From: Chrysemys picta bellii
Taxonomy: Eukaryota
Length of the DNA stretch: 64,000 bases
NCBI RefSeq assembly: GCF_011386835.1
Contig: NC_088812.1
Span: 13,268,001 to 13,332,000 of the forward strand
Direction of reading: 5' to 3'
Positions 12,566-25,147 of this stretch are shown piece by piece (position 1 is the stretch's first letter; every line of letters begins with the position of its first letter). The position numbers and the translations under genes were made by a program. The notes under the pieces are model-generated. The model did not search any database and was not told the DNA's origin. It worked only from the letters and a program-made list of their open reading frames with translations.

Positions 12566-13820
12566 CTGCCCTGACCCCTCTGATCCTATCCTCCCTGCTG
12601 TGTATTGTCTCCAATAGTCCTTTAACACGGAATAGACCCCGCCCTGCAGCTTCCCAAACACCAGGCAGTCTCCGACTCCTTTTGAAAAGAAAAAGCCCAG
12701 GCTTGTGGTGTCTAAAGAGCTTGTGCGAGAAGCTGTCACAAGCAAAGAGTCCAGTGCTTTCCCACAAAGGTCAGTGACAGCTGGATTTCAGCCACTGAAC
12801 CCAGGTGCCTCAGTTTCCCATCTGTAAAATGGGGACAATAGCTCATTTCTCCCATGCTTTGTCTGCTCTGCTTAGCAGGTCAGCTCTCCGGGGCAGGGTG
12901 TGACTCAGCGTCTGGGCAGCGCCCAGGACCCCGGGGTCTTGATCCTGGTCCGATAATAAGCAGCAGTGGGGACTACCTAGGGCTAAGCAATCAGGAACAC
13001 CTTGGATTTGCCTTCCAGAGACAGATGCTGGCTGGCTGTGAGTTCTTGGGTCTCTGGATTTAGACAGGCTGTTTGCTTAAGCTAGACATGATGCAACTGG
13101 GTCTCCCGACACAGGGGATGGGGATGCACCAACGGACAGGGACGTCTCCCACACGGGAGTTGAGGAACTGCTTAGCAAGGAATCTGTGGGGTAAGTCATT
13201 CTCGGTGACGCCGGCCGGCAGGATCTGTTCCGGGCTGACTAGCGATTCGCTCCCGGCCTTGCCTGCAACTCCCAGCAGGGGATCCATCCGGCGGCCAAAC
13301 TGGTCTGGCCCTGGACCCGAGAAGAGGCCCAGCATGCAGTGGGTTGGTTTCATCAGAGGCTCTCATATGGTGGAGTTTCAGACTGCTGCCTCCCCTCCAG
13401 ATGGGCTGGGTTACCCTGCTGGGGTCGCTGGGGTGCGAGAGACCCAGGACACAGATCATGGAGATTTGGGGACAGGCAGATAGGAAACAGAGCTGAATAC
13501 CAAGGAGGGGCGGGTCCCGGACACAAGGAGGGGGTGGTCTGTGTCCGGGGCGTGGGTTAAAGGGAGAGGGGGTGTTGTGCCGGGGTTGGTTAGGAAACCA
13601 CATTCCATCCCAAGACACGGAGAAGAGGTTGCACCGGTGAAGCAAACTCCAAGGAGCTCTGCTTTGATTCAACATTTGTAATTAAGAACTGATTTGCATA
13701 CTCTCAGCTGGGCGCCACGGGACAGGAGGTCTCACCCCCGCCAGGAATTCGGAACCCGTGTGTTAGCGACGCTCCTCCGGTCGCTGCCCCCTGCCGACAT
13801 TCTAACGCCGCATCTTCCTC

Positions 13821-14038
13821 CTACACTTTTTGGGCCGGTACCGGGTAGGACCACGTCAGCACGAAGTCGGCGAACCAGGTGGGCAGGTAACTCAGCGGGA
13901 GGAAGACCAGCTTGGCGTCCCAGCCGGCAGAGTAGCGGGTGCGGGGGTGGCGAGCCGTCAGCGCGTGCCCCATACAACGGGTGACGACAGACAGGTCGGA
14001 GTTGCAGGATTTCTGCATATCGTGGGTGGCACGGATAA
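13821..14038 (-). CDS. RDH16-like copy 2, coding exon 4 (218 nt, stop TAG); total 317 aa
   Basis: CAG acceptor 14041-14039; [43 protein letters not shown]...AQKV*. Confidence 0.93.
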
Positions 14039-15453
14039 CTGCACAGGCCAAAACAGAGAGTCAGGTCCCGGACTGAACGGGTTGGCCGAGTGGTCAAAGG
14101 GGAAGGACGGATTGTGAGCACAGGCTGCGAAACGGCAGTGGCAGGACGGCCTAGTGGTTAGGGACTCACCTGGGCTGCTGGAGACCCAGGTTCAATCTCT
14201 GCTCTGCCCCACGCAGCCGGGGTGAGCCTAGGCCTGTCGCTCTGTGCCACCGTTCCCCATGTCAGGCCTGATCCCACCAGCTGAGCGGGAGATACAAGGG
14301 GCCAGATCCCGGGCGAGACCGCGGGCCAGATTTGCAAAGAGCCGGCAGACGCCTATGGAGGCAGGGCAGCGCCGCGTGGAATTTTCAAAAGCACCTCGGT
14401 GAATTCGGTGCCTAAGTCACCTGGGCACCCATGATTGTCCCACTAGAGTCGTACCTGCAGCGTTAGGCGCCTAAATACCTTTGTAAATCTGGCCCGCAGT
14501 ATCGCACCGGATTGGGCCCCTTGCATCACCCAAGGAAAGACGCACGCAGCTACGTTTTCAGGCACTGAATGCGCAATCGGAGACCCCCAGGGCTCATTCG
14601 TACTGAGGTCTGCGCCCGTGGCAGGTCTCAGGGGCTTAGGGATGAATCCAGCCAACGAGACGCAGGGATCCAGCCAGTGCTCCCTGGGTATGAGCAGGGG
14701 TGAAAAGCCGCGGGAGCATTTCTGTCGCTGACGCCGGCACACGGATCTGAACGCGGAGGGGCCATCTGTCCGTAGTCACTGTCCAGAGCCAGGCACCGTC
14801 TCTGCACCCGGCTTTCGGACACTCCCCCCTCCATCCACACCTCTCCACCTGAAGGGGGGTTTGGTTGATCAGCGGCTCGGGGCTGAGCTCTGCTGCACTG
14901 ACAAGAGCAGAAAAGCAAAATCCCCCAAGAGAGAAGCAGCAGTTGCCCCCGATTCACCGGTGGAGCAGCAGGGGGTGAGCGGGTTATTACTCTCAGGAGA
15001 TCAGCGTGGGAGTTCTGCTCCCGTGCAAGGGTCAGCAGCGTTCAGGGACCGTGTGTGCGAAAGACACACCTGATCTCGGGCCATACGCAAGCACGGCCCA
15101 ACCTCTCTGAACGGTGCATTAAATTGTGGCCACATTTAAGAAGGGGGGTTTCAATCCGGTTCAGCCAGCTGATTGAAAAGAAAAACACCTGATTTCCTGG
15201 CTAGACAAGGCCTAAGCGGGAACGAGGAGTCTGACCTCCCAATGCCGTGCATAGCGTGGCATCATTTGCACTAGTGCAAAGTGTGTGTGCAATGCCACTC
15301 AGTCACAATGCACGGCAGCTGAGAATCGGCCCCTGTAGCCGTCCCGTGTCCGCCGACTCGAAGGCCGCTCTGCGGCAGTGCAGGGCCGGGGACGAGAGAA
15401 GGGTGCGCGGTAGCTGCCGGCTGGTGGGGAAGGGAATGGGGCAACGTACTCAC

Positions 15454-15617
15454 AAGCGTTTAAGTAACTCTCCCCGTAACTCGCTTTGGTTTCCTCGGGG
15501 AGCCGCTCCCAGAGGCGAGTGAAGTTCTCGATAATGATCTGAGGGTTGGTAATTGTGGTGCTGAAGTAGCCCGGCTCGATCACACACACCTTCACCCCGA
15601 AAGGCAGCATCTCACGC
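15454..15617 (-). CDS. RDH16-like copy 2, coding exon 3 (164 nt)
   Basis: REMLPFGVKVCVIEPGYFST...SYGESYLNA; CAG acceptor; GTGAGT donor at 15453. Confidence 0.93.
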
Positions 15618-17689
15618 CTGAAACGGGACAAGCAGGATTAACCCGTGTGGGAACAGCACCTTCCTGGGGGCTGGGCTGGTTCCCAAAGAGGTGAGATCCG
15701 AAACATGCCTTGAACTAGCTCCAGTCTACACGTAAGTCTTGTATGTGGCCAGGCTTGGTGGCTTCTACAACCTGTGCGGACACAGTGATACTGGAATCAA
15801 GGGGCTTTCGGGTTTGTCTACACTTGAAAGTTAATTTGGATTGCATTAAAAGCGCAGTAGTTATTGCAGAATACCTCCATGGGGGGATTAGTCACCCGAG
15901 CCCCGTCCCATATGGGAACAGCTATTCTTTGTGACCAGTATAACTGCGCCTCTGCTAGGGAGACTGGACCCCGTGAACTGGACCAGAGAGCGAAAGACGT
16001 CCCGCTTCGGGGTTTTATAAGGCCTCAGGGCCAATCCTCAGCTGGGGTCAATCGGCAGAGCGCCCCTCAACCTAACGCTTTCCTGAGTTCCTCCATCCGA
16101 GGCTCTGGCCCTGGACGTTTCAGTGACTTACAGAGCCGGCAATGGGCAGTCCTCGGGCCGTCCCAGGATAGGAGAGAGACATGGCAGGGGAGGTCATCTC
16201 TTTCATTGGCCCAACTCCCGTCGTGCGAGAGAAAAGCCTTCGAGCTTACGCGGAGCTCTTCTGAAGGGGCATGTGAAACGACCGACAGAGCGTCCCACAT
16301 GCTGTCTGGCAGCTAGACCTTCCTGGGAGCCAGGCCAGCTTTAAACCAGACCCTTTTGCCAGGATAGCGCCGTCAGGGAGTTGGGTGATTTCCCCTAGTG
16401 TAGACGCAGTGATACCAGCATCGATGTGCTTTTGCCAACGTGGCTCGTTTCACTGGCTGGCATAAGCTACACCGGCATGAACAGAGTCGACGCTAGCAGC
16501 GTTTTCCAATACAGCTCTGCTGGCACATCTTTGCTGGTGCAGATGGGGTGGGGAAGGACGGCACAGCTGCTGGGAAGAAAGGAGAATTCCTCTCCTATGC
16601 TGCGGCCCCGATCCTGCTGGGGCTGTGGGTGGGTGGATGCAGGGATCCATTTCGTACTTAGCCTGGGCCTTTCAGACGCTGGTTTGTAAATTGCACACAC
16701 AGCACACGGGCGGGGCTGGGAGCACACGGGAAAGTCGCGGCAGACTAACCTCGGGTGTGACTTCGAACCCGTCTCGTTCAGCCAGCCCCAGCCGGGGAAC
16801 CTGCTCTCAGGATAAGGGCAGCCGAGGGCGGCCGAGTTTAAACCGGCTGGAATCACAGCATCTGTAGCAATTGAACTCGCTTGGTTGAAAACCTGATTCG
16901 CTTTAAGCAACTCTCCCGTGTAGACGAAGCCCAGCAGCGCGGGGCTGCATCCGGAGGAGTCTCTGAGCTGACGCAAGGAGAAATCAAGTCTCAGTGAAGA
17001 GCCCGTCTCCACAGCGAGGGTTGGAGTTGCAGCGCCCCAGTTGGCCGGCAGCAATGTCCCTCGCACGCTTGCTGGCGGGTCACACTCTGCCTTGCAGAGC
17101 AGCAAGACACGGAGCAGCTACACCTGGAGAGTCGCTTGACAACATCCCTTCCCTGAGGACGCGCACGGTTGCCAAAGCGAACGCTCCGGAAGGAATGAAC
17201 TCTTAACTACCGGGTAACAGCCACCTCCAGGCCTTTCCACCCCGAGCCAGCCGGCAGGACGGAGAAACACCCTTCGCTACAGTCACAAACTTTGCCCCGG
17301 TTTCCCCTTTCCTTCTCTATCCTCACAGATCAACCGGGGGCCAGGCAGGAATCCAGTAACCCCTTCGATGCCAGAGCACCTTCTCGCTAGTGGTTGATGA
17401 GAGGTTCACGAGTCGGTCGCATGTTTTTAAGGGCCAAAGGTGACAGATTCAATCCCCGTGGCCATCCCCGAGCAGGAGTCCCGTGGGCCCAACCAATAGA
17501 GGGAGACAAAGATCCAGGTGCATCGTGTGCAGAAATACCGGGCTATTTGCACGTTGCAGCAAGTACGTCCGGGCGTGTATTCACCATTTGGCACTTGCAC
17601 CATGGGTCAGTGCACGGGTGGTGGTGGTGGCGGGGGTTGCACGGGGCAGAAAGCGCAGCTGAAAAGGGCGCCCTATCACTGGTCACTCA

Positions 17690-18049
<360 letters not shown>

Positions 18050-18497
18050 TCAAATCTCCACCCTGCTGGGAGGACGGGACGTTCCTTCTCCCCGGATCTG
18101 CCTCGCACCCCCACAGCCATTAGGGGAGGGACGGAGGACACCCCAGGAAAGTTCTCACCTCCTGCCTATGCTCTGGGCTGTGAACGGCCAATAGGAATAG
18201 AGTCACGCTGTCCCTTGCCCCCTCAGCGGGCAGATTCCAGCAGGCTATGCCCAAGGGGAGGATGGCCCCTGCTGGGGGGCCTGAGGATAGCAAGACCCCC
18301 CCCCCCCAAAAAAAAAACCTTCAGTCACAGCTCCCCAACCTGCTCTACAGCCCGGGTGACACCCATGGGAGAACTGGGTGTGACTGTGCTGCATGCTAAT
18401 AGGACCATCAGCACCCATATGCCTGTGATGAGTGTCTGGCAAGGAGCGTGACCCGGGGCGGGCGAGGGATGGGCACAGCCAGACCCGGGCCCCGCAC

Positions 18498-18810
18498 CTT
18501 TGTCCCCCACTTGTTCCTTCACCCAGGCGGTGGCCGCGGCGATGCTGTCCGTCCGGGTGACGTCCAGGATCACCGTTTGCAGCCGCTGCGACGTCGCCTT
18601 CCTCAGCTGCTCCGCGCCCTGCTGGGTGAGACAAGCCGCCAGCACCCGCAGGCCCCGCACGTCCAGCTGCTTGGCCAGCAGGTTCCCGAAGCCGGAGTCG
18701 CAGCCGGTGATCAGGACGTATTTCTCCGGGAGGCCCTCGACGCTCTGCCGCTCCCGGTACCATCGGCAGAGGAAGTACAGCCCCAGCAGGGCAGCCAGAT
18801 ACAGCCACAT
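18498..18810 (-). CDS. RDH16/HSD17B6-like SDR9C dehydrogenase, copy 2, coding exon 1 (313 nt)
   Basis: ATG 18810-18808; MWLYLAALLGLYFLCRWYRERQSVEGLPEKYVLITGCDSGFG; GT donor 18497-18496. A polypyrimidine/CAG acceptor 15 nt upstream of the ATG (AG at 18827-18826) suggests an upstream non-coding exon. Confidence 0.95.
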
Positions 18811-18889
18811 CCTCACAGGAGGACTCTGGGGGTGAGAAGAAAGGGAAGCATTACAGGCCACCGGCTCTGTCTCAGGGGGCACCCGACGG

Positions 18890-19020
18890 CTTGGTGGACT
18901 CAGGAGAACCGGGTTTGATTCCCGGCTCTGCTACTGACTCCCTGTGTGACCTTGGACAAGTCACTTGCTTGCTCCAGGCCTCAGTTTCCCCATCTGTACA
19001 AAGGAGATAATCTTCCTCCC
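18890..19020 (+). mobile_element. MIR/CORE-type SINE remnant, duplicated at 22130-22255 by the inverted duplication
   Basis: GTGTGACCTTGGACAAGTCACTT...CCTCAGTTTCCCCATCTGTA core. Similar remnants occur near 5830-5900, 12790-12845, 14140-14260 and 48500-48590. Confidence 0.65.
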
Positions 19021-20004
19021 TTTGTAGGCATAGACTGGGGGAGGCCTGTGGAGCGAGGGGCCCTGATCTCAGCTGTCCGGGCAGTAGAGCACATCACCTG
19101 GCAGACCCAGTGATAGGACCGGCCTGTGCTGAGTGTCCCTGGGGTCCCCTTGGTAAAGACAGACCCCAGGGTAACTGGTACCACGCCAGGGACCCACGTA
19201 CCACAGGGGCTCGGCTGTTGCCTGTCCTTTGCCGCCGGCCCAGGGACGAGCTATCAGCCACGGGGCTCGAAGCCTCCCGCACCTCGGACTGGACTCCCCG
19301 CTCAGTTTAGCGTCACGCACCCCCACGCCTGACAGAGCCCGTCTTTGAACCCTCCGAAGGTTCAGCTCCCACCGAGGGGAGTCCGGCGTGTCCGGGTTTT
19401 TCCCCTGAAGTCAATACCTTACGTGGCAGCTGCTAGATGACCCAGGACTGACCCCTTCCAGAAGCTTCCCTGAGCAAATCATTTACCAATCCCTCTCCCG
19501 ATGTTAACCACACAAGAGCGCTCTGGGGCTGGCTGCGTTGAGCTCCGCCTGTTGCAAGACCCCTAGGAATCCAGCCAGCTAGGGGTGGATTAATACGCCC
19601 ATGGCTCTGTATTTCGTTCCTTCCCCCTTCCCCCCCCCCACTTCAAAAACTGGGGCCTTAAAGTCTAAGTAGCCAGGACAGACAAAGGGCGGGAGGGGAA
19701 ACTGAGGCACAGAGAGGGGAAACTGAGGCACGGAGCAGGGGAAGTGACTCACTCAAGATCACCCAGCAGGTCACTGGCAGACCTGGGTTCTAGTCCCGAC
19801 GCCAGCCCAGCGCTCCATCCACTAGGCAACACTGCCTCCCCTGTTTGCTTTCTCAGGTGGGGAGGCCCCAAGGGGTGGGAACTCTCTGCCACGCGGGGAG
19901 AGCCCCGAGCACATCGTGAGTGCTACAGTACAGAAATACAATCATCCCCATAATAGCTCGGCACTATTCCTGGATTCCCTCTGCGGGAGAGTCTCCTACC
20001 AACC

Positions 20005-20107
20005 CAGGGTGACCAGACAGCAAGTGTGAAAAATCGGGACAGCGGGTGGGGGGTAATAGGAGCCTATATAAGAAAAAGACCCACAAATCGGGACATCTGG
20101 TCGCCCT
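20005..20107. mobile_element. hAT-like MITE, same family as 33955-34078
   Basis: CAGGGTGACCAGACAGCAA.TGTGAAAAA...GGGACATCTGGTCGCCCT; internal sequence shared with the 33955 copy. Confidence 0.75.
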
Positions 20108-21516
20108 TTTAACCGTCCCCTCTGCAGTATGGCTAGCAGTTTGTTTCACTCAGCAGCCAAGGCTGGATGGGAGTCCCGGATGCCACTGGAGGTTTGGTTT
20201 TCACCCCACATCCCCGGCTTTTCACCCTTTAGCCCTTGTGCTTGGGAGCTGAGCGGGCTGCGGGAGTTATAGGGAGCCCAGGGCTGGATTAGCGGGGGGT
20301 GGGAGGGCTGTGGGTCGGGATTGAGGGGCATCGGCAGAGCTGGGTGTGTGGGGACCCGGGAGGGAGTTGCCAGAGTTGTGGGGTGGGGAAGGGAGCTCTG
20401 GGACTGAGATGCACTTTGCAGTCAGGTAGCAACTCGCCCAGCATTGAGCTTTCCCCTTTCAGGAGCCCCTCCGGTGGGAAGCCAGAATCCGGGCCCGGTG
20501 TGTGTGGACAGAACAGACCGAATTCAAACAGGGCTGGGGCAGGGAAGGGGGCAGAGTGTGTGAAAACTCCTGACGCGTCCAGGTTGGATTTCGCCCCAGC
20601 AGACCGTCAATTTCAGTATCAGATTTGCGCCCGGGAAGGCAAAGGCTGCAAACCGCCGGCTGGATCCGGCCAGGGGCTGAAGCCCCGGGCCTCAGCCCCA
20701 CGCAACTGCTCCACTTTCAGAGTGCGCCTCGTCCCGCCAAAGTCAACGGGGCTTCGGGGGAAGCGGGGGCCCGGGTGGTCTGCAAGCGGGGGGGTCCGGT
20801 GCAGGGAGAGCGAGCTCCTGCCAGCAGCGAGCAGGAGCGTCGTGGGGAGCGGAGACCCGGGTCGCGCGAGGCAGTGGCGCATTGGGGGGGGCAAATTCCA
20901 GCCGTGGAAGTGGCACCCCAGCTGAAGCCCATCTGCGTGGCGAGGCGTGCGGGTCTTCATAGCAACTTCCCCTCTGGACACTTGGCTCCACTGATGAGGT
21001 GGGGTCCTGCACCTGAAGCGGCCAAACTTTGCACCCCAATATCCGTCCTGCTGGCTGCCCCCCGCCCCAGCTCCCCCCTCCGACCTGGGCAACCCCCCCG
21101 GGCTGGAATTGCGGCTGTGGGAAGAGCTGCAGGGGCAGACTCCTGCAGTCTCCCCTTTACCTGGGTGGGTCTCCCGGCACTGCAGGAACTGGGTCCCCCA
21201 CAGATTGCAGCCTCCGGCTCCTTCCGCCCTCTCCTGTCTTGCTGAACCAGATCAAAGGCTCCTGGAAGGGAAAGAGGACGCCTGCGATTGGTGGGGAGTG
21301 ATTGGCCGTCCTAGCAGAAGAGCCAACCACAGAGGCTGGAGACCCAGGACTTGGAGAGGGGAGAACTGGGCTCTAGGGCTGGGCTCCATGGGGCAGTGGG
21401 TGGGAAGTCCCCCGAAGTGCAGCATCGCAGAGCAGGAAAGGACAGTTTCCTCCTCACTCTGTCTTTGCCAGGAGCCATTCTGGTGTCATCTGCAAACTTT
21501 TTCAGTGATCAAGCAG

Positions 21517-21685
21517 CAGAGGGGTAGCCCTGTTAGTCTGGATCTGTAAAAAGCAACAAAGTCCGGTGGCACCTTAGAGACGAACAGAGGTAACAGATGA
21601 CCTGCGTCTGACGCAGTGGGTATTCACCCCCGAAAGCTCATGCTCCAATAGTCTCTAAGGTGCCACAGGACTCTGTGTTGCTTTT
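21517..21685. mobile_element. Short Penelope pLTR-derived hairpin element (second subfamily)
   Basis: GTAGCC.TGTTAGTCTG...GTGGCACCTTAGAGAC...GTCTCTAAGGTGCCACAGGACTC; no TSD found. Confidence 0.75.
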
Positions 21686-22333
21686 CCTCAGGGATGATTT
21701 TCCCTTTCCTTTCAGGTCATTGATACAAACATTAAACAGCTCCGAGGCCAGACCCGAGCCGTGGGGACCCCACTAGAAACCCCCACGGCCCCGAAGATTT
21801 CCTGGTTACGGTTCCATTTCGAGACCGATCCGTTAGGGAGCTTTTCTTCCATTTAATGCGCCATGTTAACGTTTTCTCATTCTAGGTTTTGAATCAAAAG
21901 GCCGCCCGGTACCCAGTCGAACGCCGTACAGAAATCTAAGTCTATTACATCAGTGCTTCACCTTTATCAACTGAGATCAGGGCCCCTCGCTCCACAGGAC
22001 CCCAGGGACACCCAGCACAGGCTGGTCCTATCACTGGGTCTGCCAGGTGAGGTGCTCCACTGCCCGGACAGCTGAGATCAGGGCCCCTCACTCCACAGGC
22101 CTCCCCCAGTCTATGCCTACAAAGGGAGGAGGATTATCTCCTTTATACAGATGGGGAAACTGAGGCCTGGAGCAAGCAAGTGACTTGTCCAAGGTCACAC
22201 AGGGAGTCAGTAGCAGAGCCGGGAATCAAACCCGGTTCTCCTGAGTCCACCAGGTCGTCGGGTGCCCCCTGAGACAGAGCCGGTGGCCTGTAATGCTTCC
22301 CTTTCTTCTCACCCCCAGAGTCCTCCTGTGAGG

Positions 22334-22646
22334 ATGTGGCTGTACCTGGCCGCCCTGCTGGGGCTGTACTTCCTCCGCCGATGGTACCGGGAGCGGCAGA
22401 GCGTCGAGGGCCTCCCGGAGAAATACGTCCTGATCACCGGCTGCGACTCCGGCTTCGGGAACCTGCTGGCCAAGCCGCTGGACGCGCGGGGCCTGCGGGT
22501 GCTGGCGGCTTGTCTCACCCAGCAGGGCGCGGAGCAGCTGAGGAAGGCGACGTCACAGCGGCTGCAAACGGTGATCCTGGACGTCACCCGGACTGACAGC
22601 ATCGCCGCGGCCACCGCCTGGGTGAAGGAACAAGTGGGGGACAAAG
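22334..22646 (+). pseudogene. Orphan RDH16-like coding exon 1 (copy 3); exons 2-4 absent
   Basis: Open 313-nt exon with intact acceptor (22317-22318) and donor (22647). It carries private Q>P and V>A changes (AKPLDARG). Homology to the copy-2 intron stops at 22831, and I found no [10 protein letters not shown] exon on + before GPR182. Confidence 0.85.
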
Positions 22647-22852
22647 GTGCGGGGCCCGGGTCTGGCTGTGCCCATCCCTCGCCCACCCTGGGTCACGCCC
22701 CTTGCTAGACACTCATCACAGGCATATAGGTGCCGATTGTCCTATTAGCATGCGTCAGTGTCACACCCAGTTCTCCCGTGGGTGTCACCCGGGCTGTAGA
22801 GCAGGTTGGGGAGCTGTGACTGAAGGTTTTTGGTAATATTACCCTCCTTTAA

Positions 22853-23077
22853 ATCATAGACTCATAGACTTTAAGGTCAGAAGGGACCATTATGATCATC
22901 TAGTCCGACCTCCTGCACAACACAGGCCACAGAATCTCACCCATCCACTCCTGTAATAAGCCCCTAACCTATGCCTGAGCTATTGAAGTCCTCAACTTGT
23001 GGTTTAAAGACTTCAAGGTGCAAGCATCCTCCAGCAAGTGACCCGTGCCCCACGCTGCAGGGGAAGACGAAAAACCC
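22853..23077 (-). mobile_element. CR1 3' end
   Basis: ATCATAGACTCATAGACTTTAAGGTCAGAAGGGACC is the reverse complement of a CR1 tail; it lies about 20 nt from the inverted-duplication breakpoint. Confidence 0.75.
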
Positions 23078-24477
23078 TTTAGCTCTTTATGAATCAAATT
23101 AATCAGTTGCCTGTAAAAACACCCACACAAATTCACTCTCGAAGATTCATTTAGGAAACAATAAATAACACCCAAGCTCCAGCTATCCTGACATGACAAC
23201 GAGGGAACGCAGAAACAGCCAAACGGGATCAGAACCAGAGTCTGGCTACCTCAGGAGCCCCATTCTGCCTGGTTTCCCAGCAGCTCTGGACGCAGCTCCG
23301 GGATAACCCATCCCCAGGACAGTTTCTTCCTGACCCCCAGGTCGGCTCACGCCCTGAAAGCACAAGAGAATGGGTAACATGTTCTGACGGCTCCCCACTT
23401 GCAATGTGATTTAGGGATCCCCCCACCACACCGTACTAGCAGGCTCTCAGGAGGTGACACCAGCCCCTAGTAACACACCGCGTCATGACCTGTTGCATAA
23501 AACAGGCCATAGGGCTTCCCTGAATTAACAGGGCTTTGGCCACACAACGAAGTTGTACCACTTTAACTATCCCGGTCTAGTTAACACGGTGCAGCCTCCT
23601 AGTGTGGAAGCAGAGCTACTGGCAGAAAAGTGCTAACACTATTCCCCGCGGGGAATCAACCAAACCGATGTAACACACCTTCTTCTTGGGCTATTTGCAT
23701 CCACCCCAGGTATAACAATAGTGGGAAGCAATCACCCCCCTGCAACCGACCCAGTTATACCAGTCTGCGTGTAGACGACAGCCCTGCAACCCGACGGCAC
23801 TCGACTACCAGGCTGTCTTGGCTCTCTGCCTGCTGCCCGCTGGGGGGTTGGCTGCCTGTCCCGGCCGCTGCCATCGCCTTGCTGTGGGGCGAGCGCCCCA
23901 GAAATCGCAGCGCCTCTCACCCCGCGGCACACACAGCACAGCGGGGGTTGGGGTGGCAGGAGCCCACGGGCAGGAGATGGGGTTGGCGCCGACTCAGGTT
24001 TGGGGGGAAAGGTCGGAAAACAAGTCAGGCCTGGGTCTAGTTCTGCTGCTGGGTAAGTCCGTTGCAATTGTGCCCAGACTCTGACATTCCCCACCAATGG
24101 CTTTGCTGGACTGCGGGCAAAGACTGCAGATCCTGCTCCGGGACCCGACCGCGTAAGGCCGGATGCTATCTGGCCAGATCATGCATTCGTCCTTCCCCTC
24201 CGGAGAGCTGGGTTCGAACCGGCTTTGGGCCCACGCCAGGAGGGAAGGGAGCGACTCAGGATCTTTGACCGTATCACAAACCAACGTGCAGTCGTCGCTT
24301 TCTGATCAGGAGAGGGGTCGGACTGGAATATCAGAAGCGGGGCTTGGCTCAAGGTTGAGGGGCGCTGGCAGAGCATTCTGGGGGAGCCCAGGCGTGCAAT
24401 AGCTGGATCGCAGCCCCCTCGAGTAAACAAGACGACACCTCGCTTGATTGCTTCCAGCTTGCATCTATGTTACTAAC

Positions 24478-25147
24478 AGGTTTCAGAGTGGTAGCCGTGT
24501 TAGTCTGTATCAGCAAAAAGAACAGGAGTACTTGTGGCACCTTAGAGACTAACCAATTTATTTGGGCATAAGCTTTCGTGAGCTAAAACCCACTTCATCA
24601 CATGCATGCAGTGGAAAATACAGTAGGAAAATATATATACTCAGAGGACATGAAAAAATGGGTGTTGCCATTCCAGCTGTAACGAGAGTAATCAGTTAAG
24701 GTGGGCTATTATCAGCAGGAGAAAAAAAAAACGTTTGTAGTGATAATCAGGGTGGGCCATTTCCAACAGGTGACAAGAAGGTATGAGTAACAGTAGGGGG
24801 GGGAAACCAAGCATGGGGAAAGAGTTTTTAGTTTGTGTAATGACCCATCCACTCCCAGTCTTTATTCAAGCCTAACTGAATAGTGTCCAGTTTGCAAATT
24901 AATTCCAGTTCTGAAGTTTCTCGTTGGAGTCTGTTTTTGAAGTTTTTTTGTTGGAGTATGGCGACTTTGAGGTCTGTAATTGAGTGACCAGAGAGGCTGA
25001 AGTGTTCTCCGACTGGTTTTTGAATTCTTGACGTCCGATTTGTGTCCATTTGTTCTTTTGCGTAGAGACTGTCCGGTTTGGCCAATGTACATGGCAGAGG
25101 GGCATTGCTGGCACATGATGGCCTATATCACCTTGGTAGATGTGCAG
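24478..25147 (-). mobile_element. Penelope-like element 3' fragment with GIY-YIG endonuclease and pLTR
   Basis: TCTSTKVI*AIMCQQCPSAMYIGQTGQSLRKR (VIY..YIG, with Y changed to a stop); 9-bp TSD GTTACTAAC (24469-24477 and 25148-25156). Confidence 0.85.

Larger units (their letters stand above)
18313..22831. repeat. 835-bp inverted duplication (arms 18313-19147 and 21997-22831; spacer 2849 bp)
   Basis: Arms are alignable by eye across upstream sequence, a MIR, coding exon 1 and about 180 nt of the following intron, with scattered substitutions. Confidence 0.95.

Noticed and set aside
17390-17500. C/D snoRNA (TGATGA box)
   Set aside because: No D box or terminal stem at a suitable distance, and it is antisense to the host intron.
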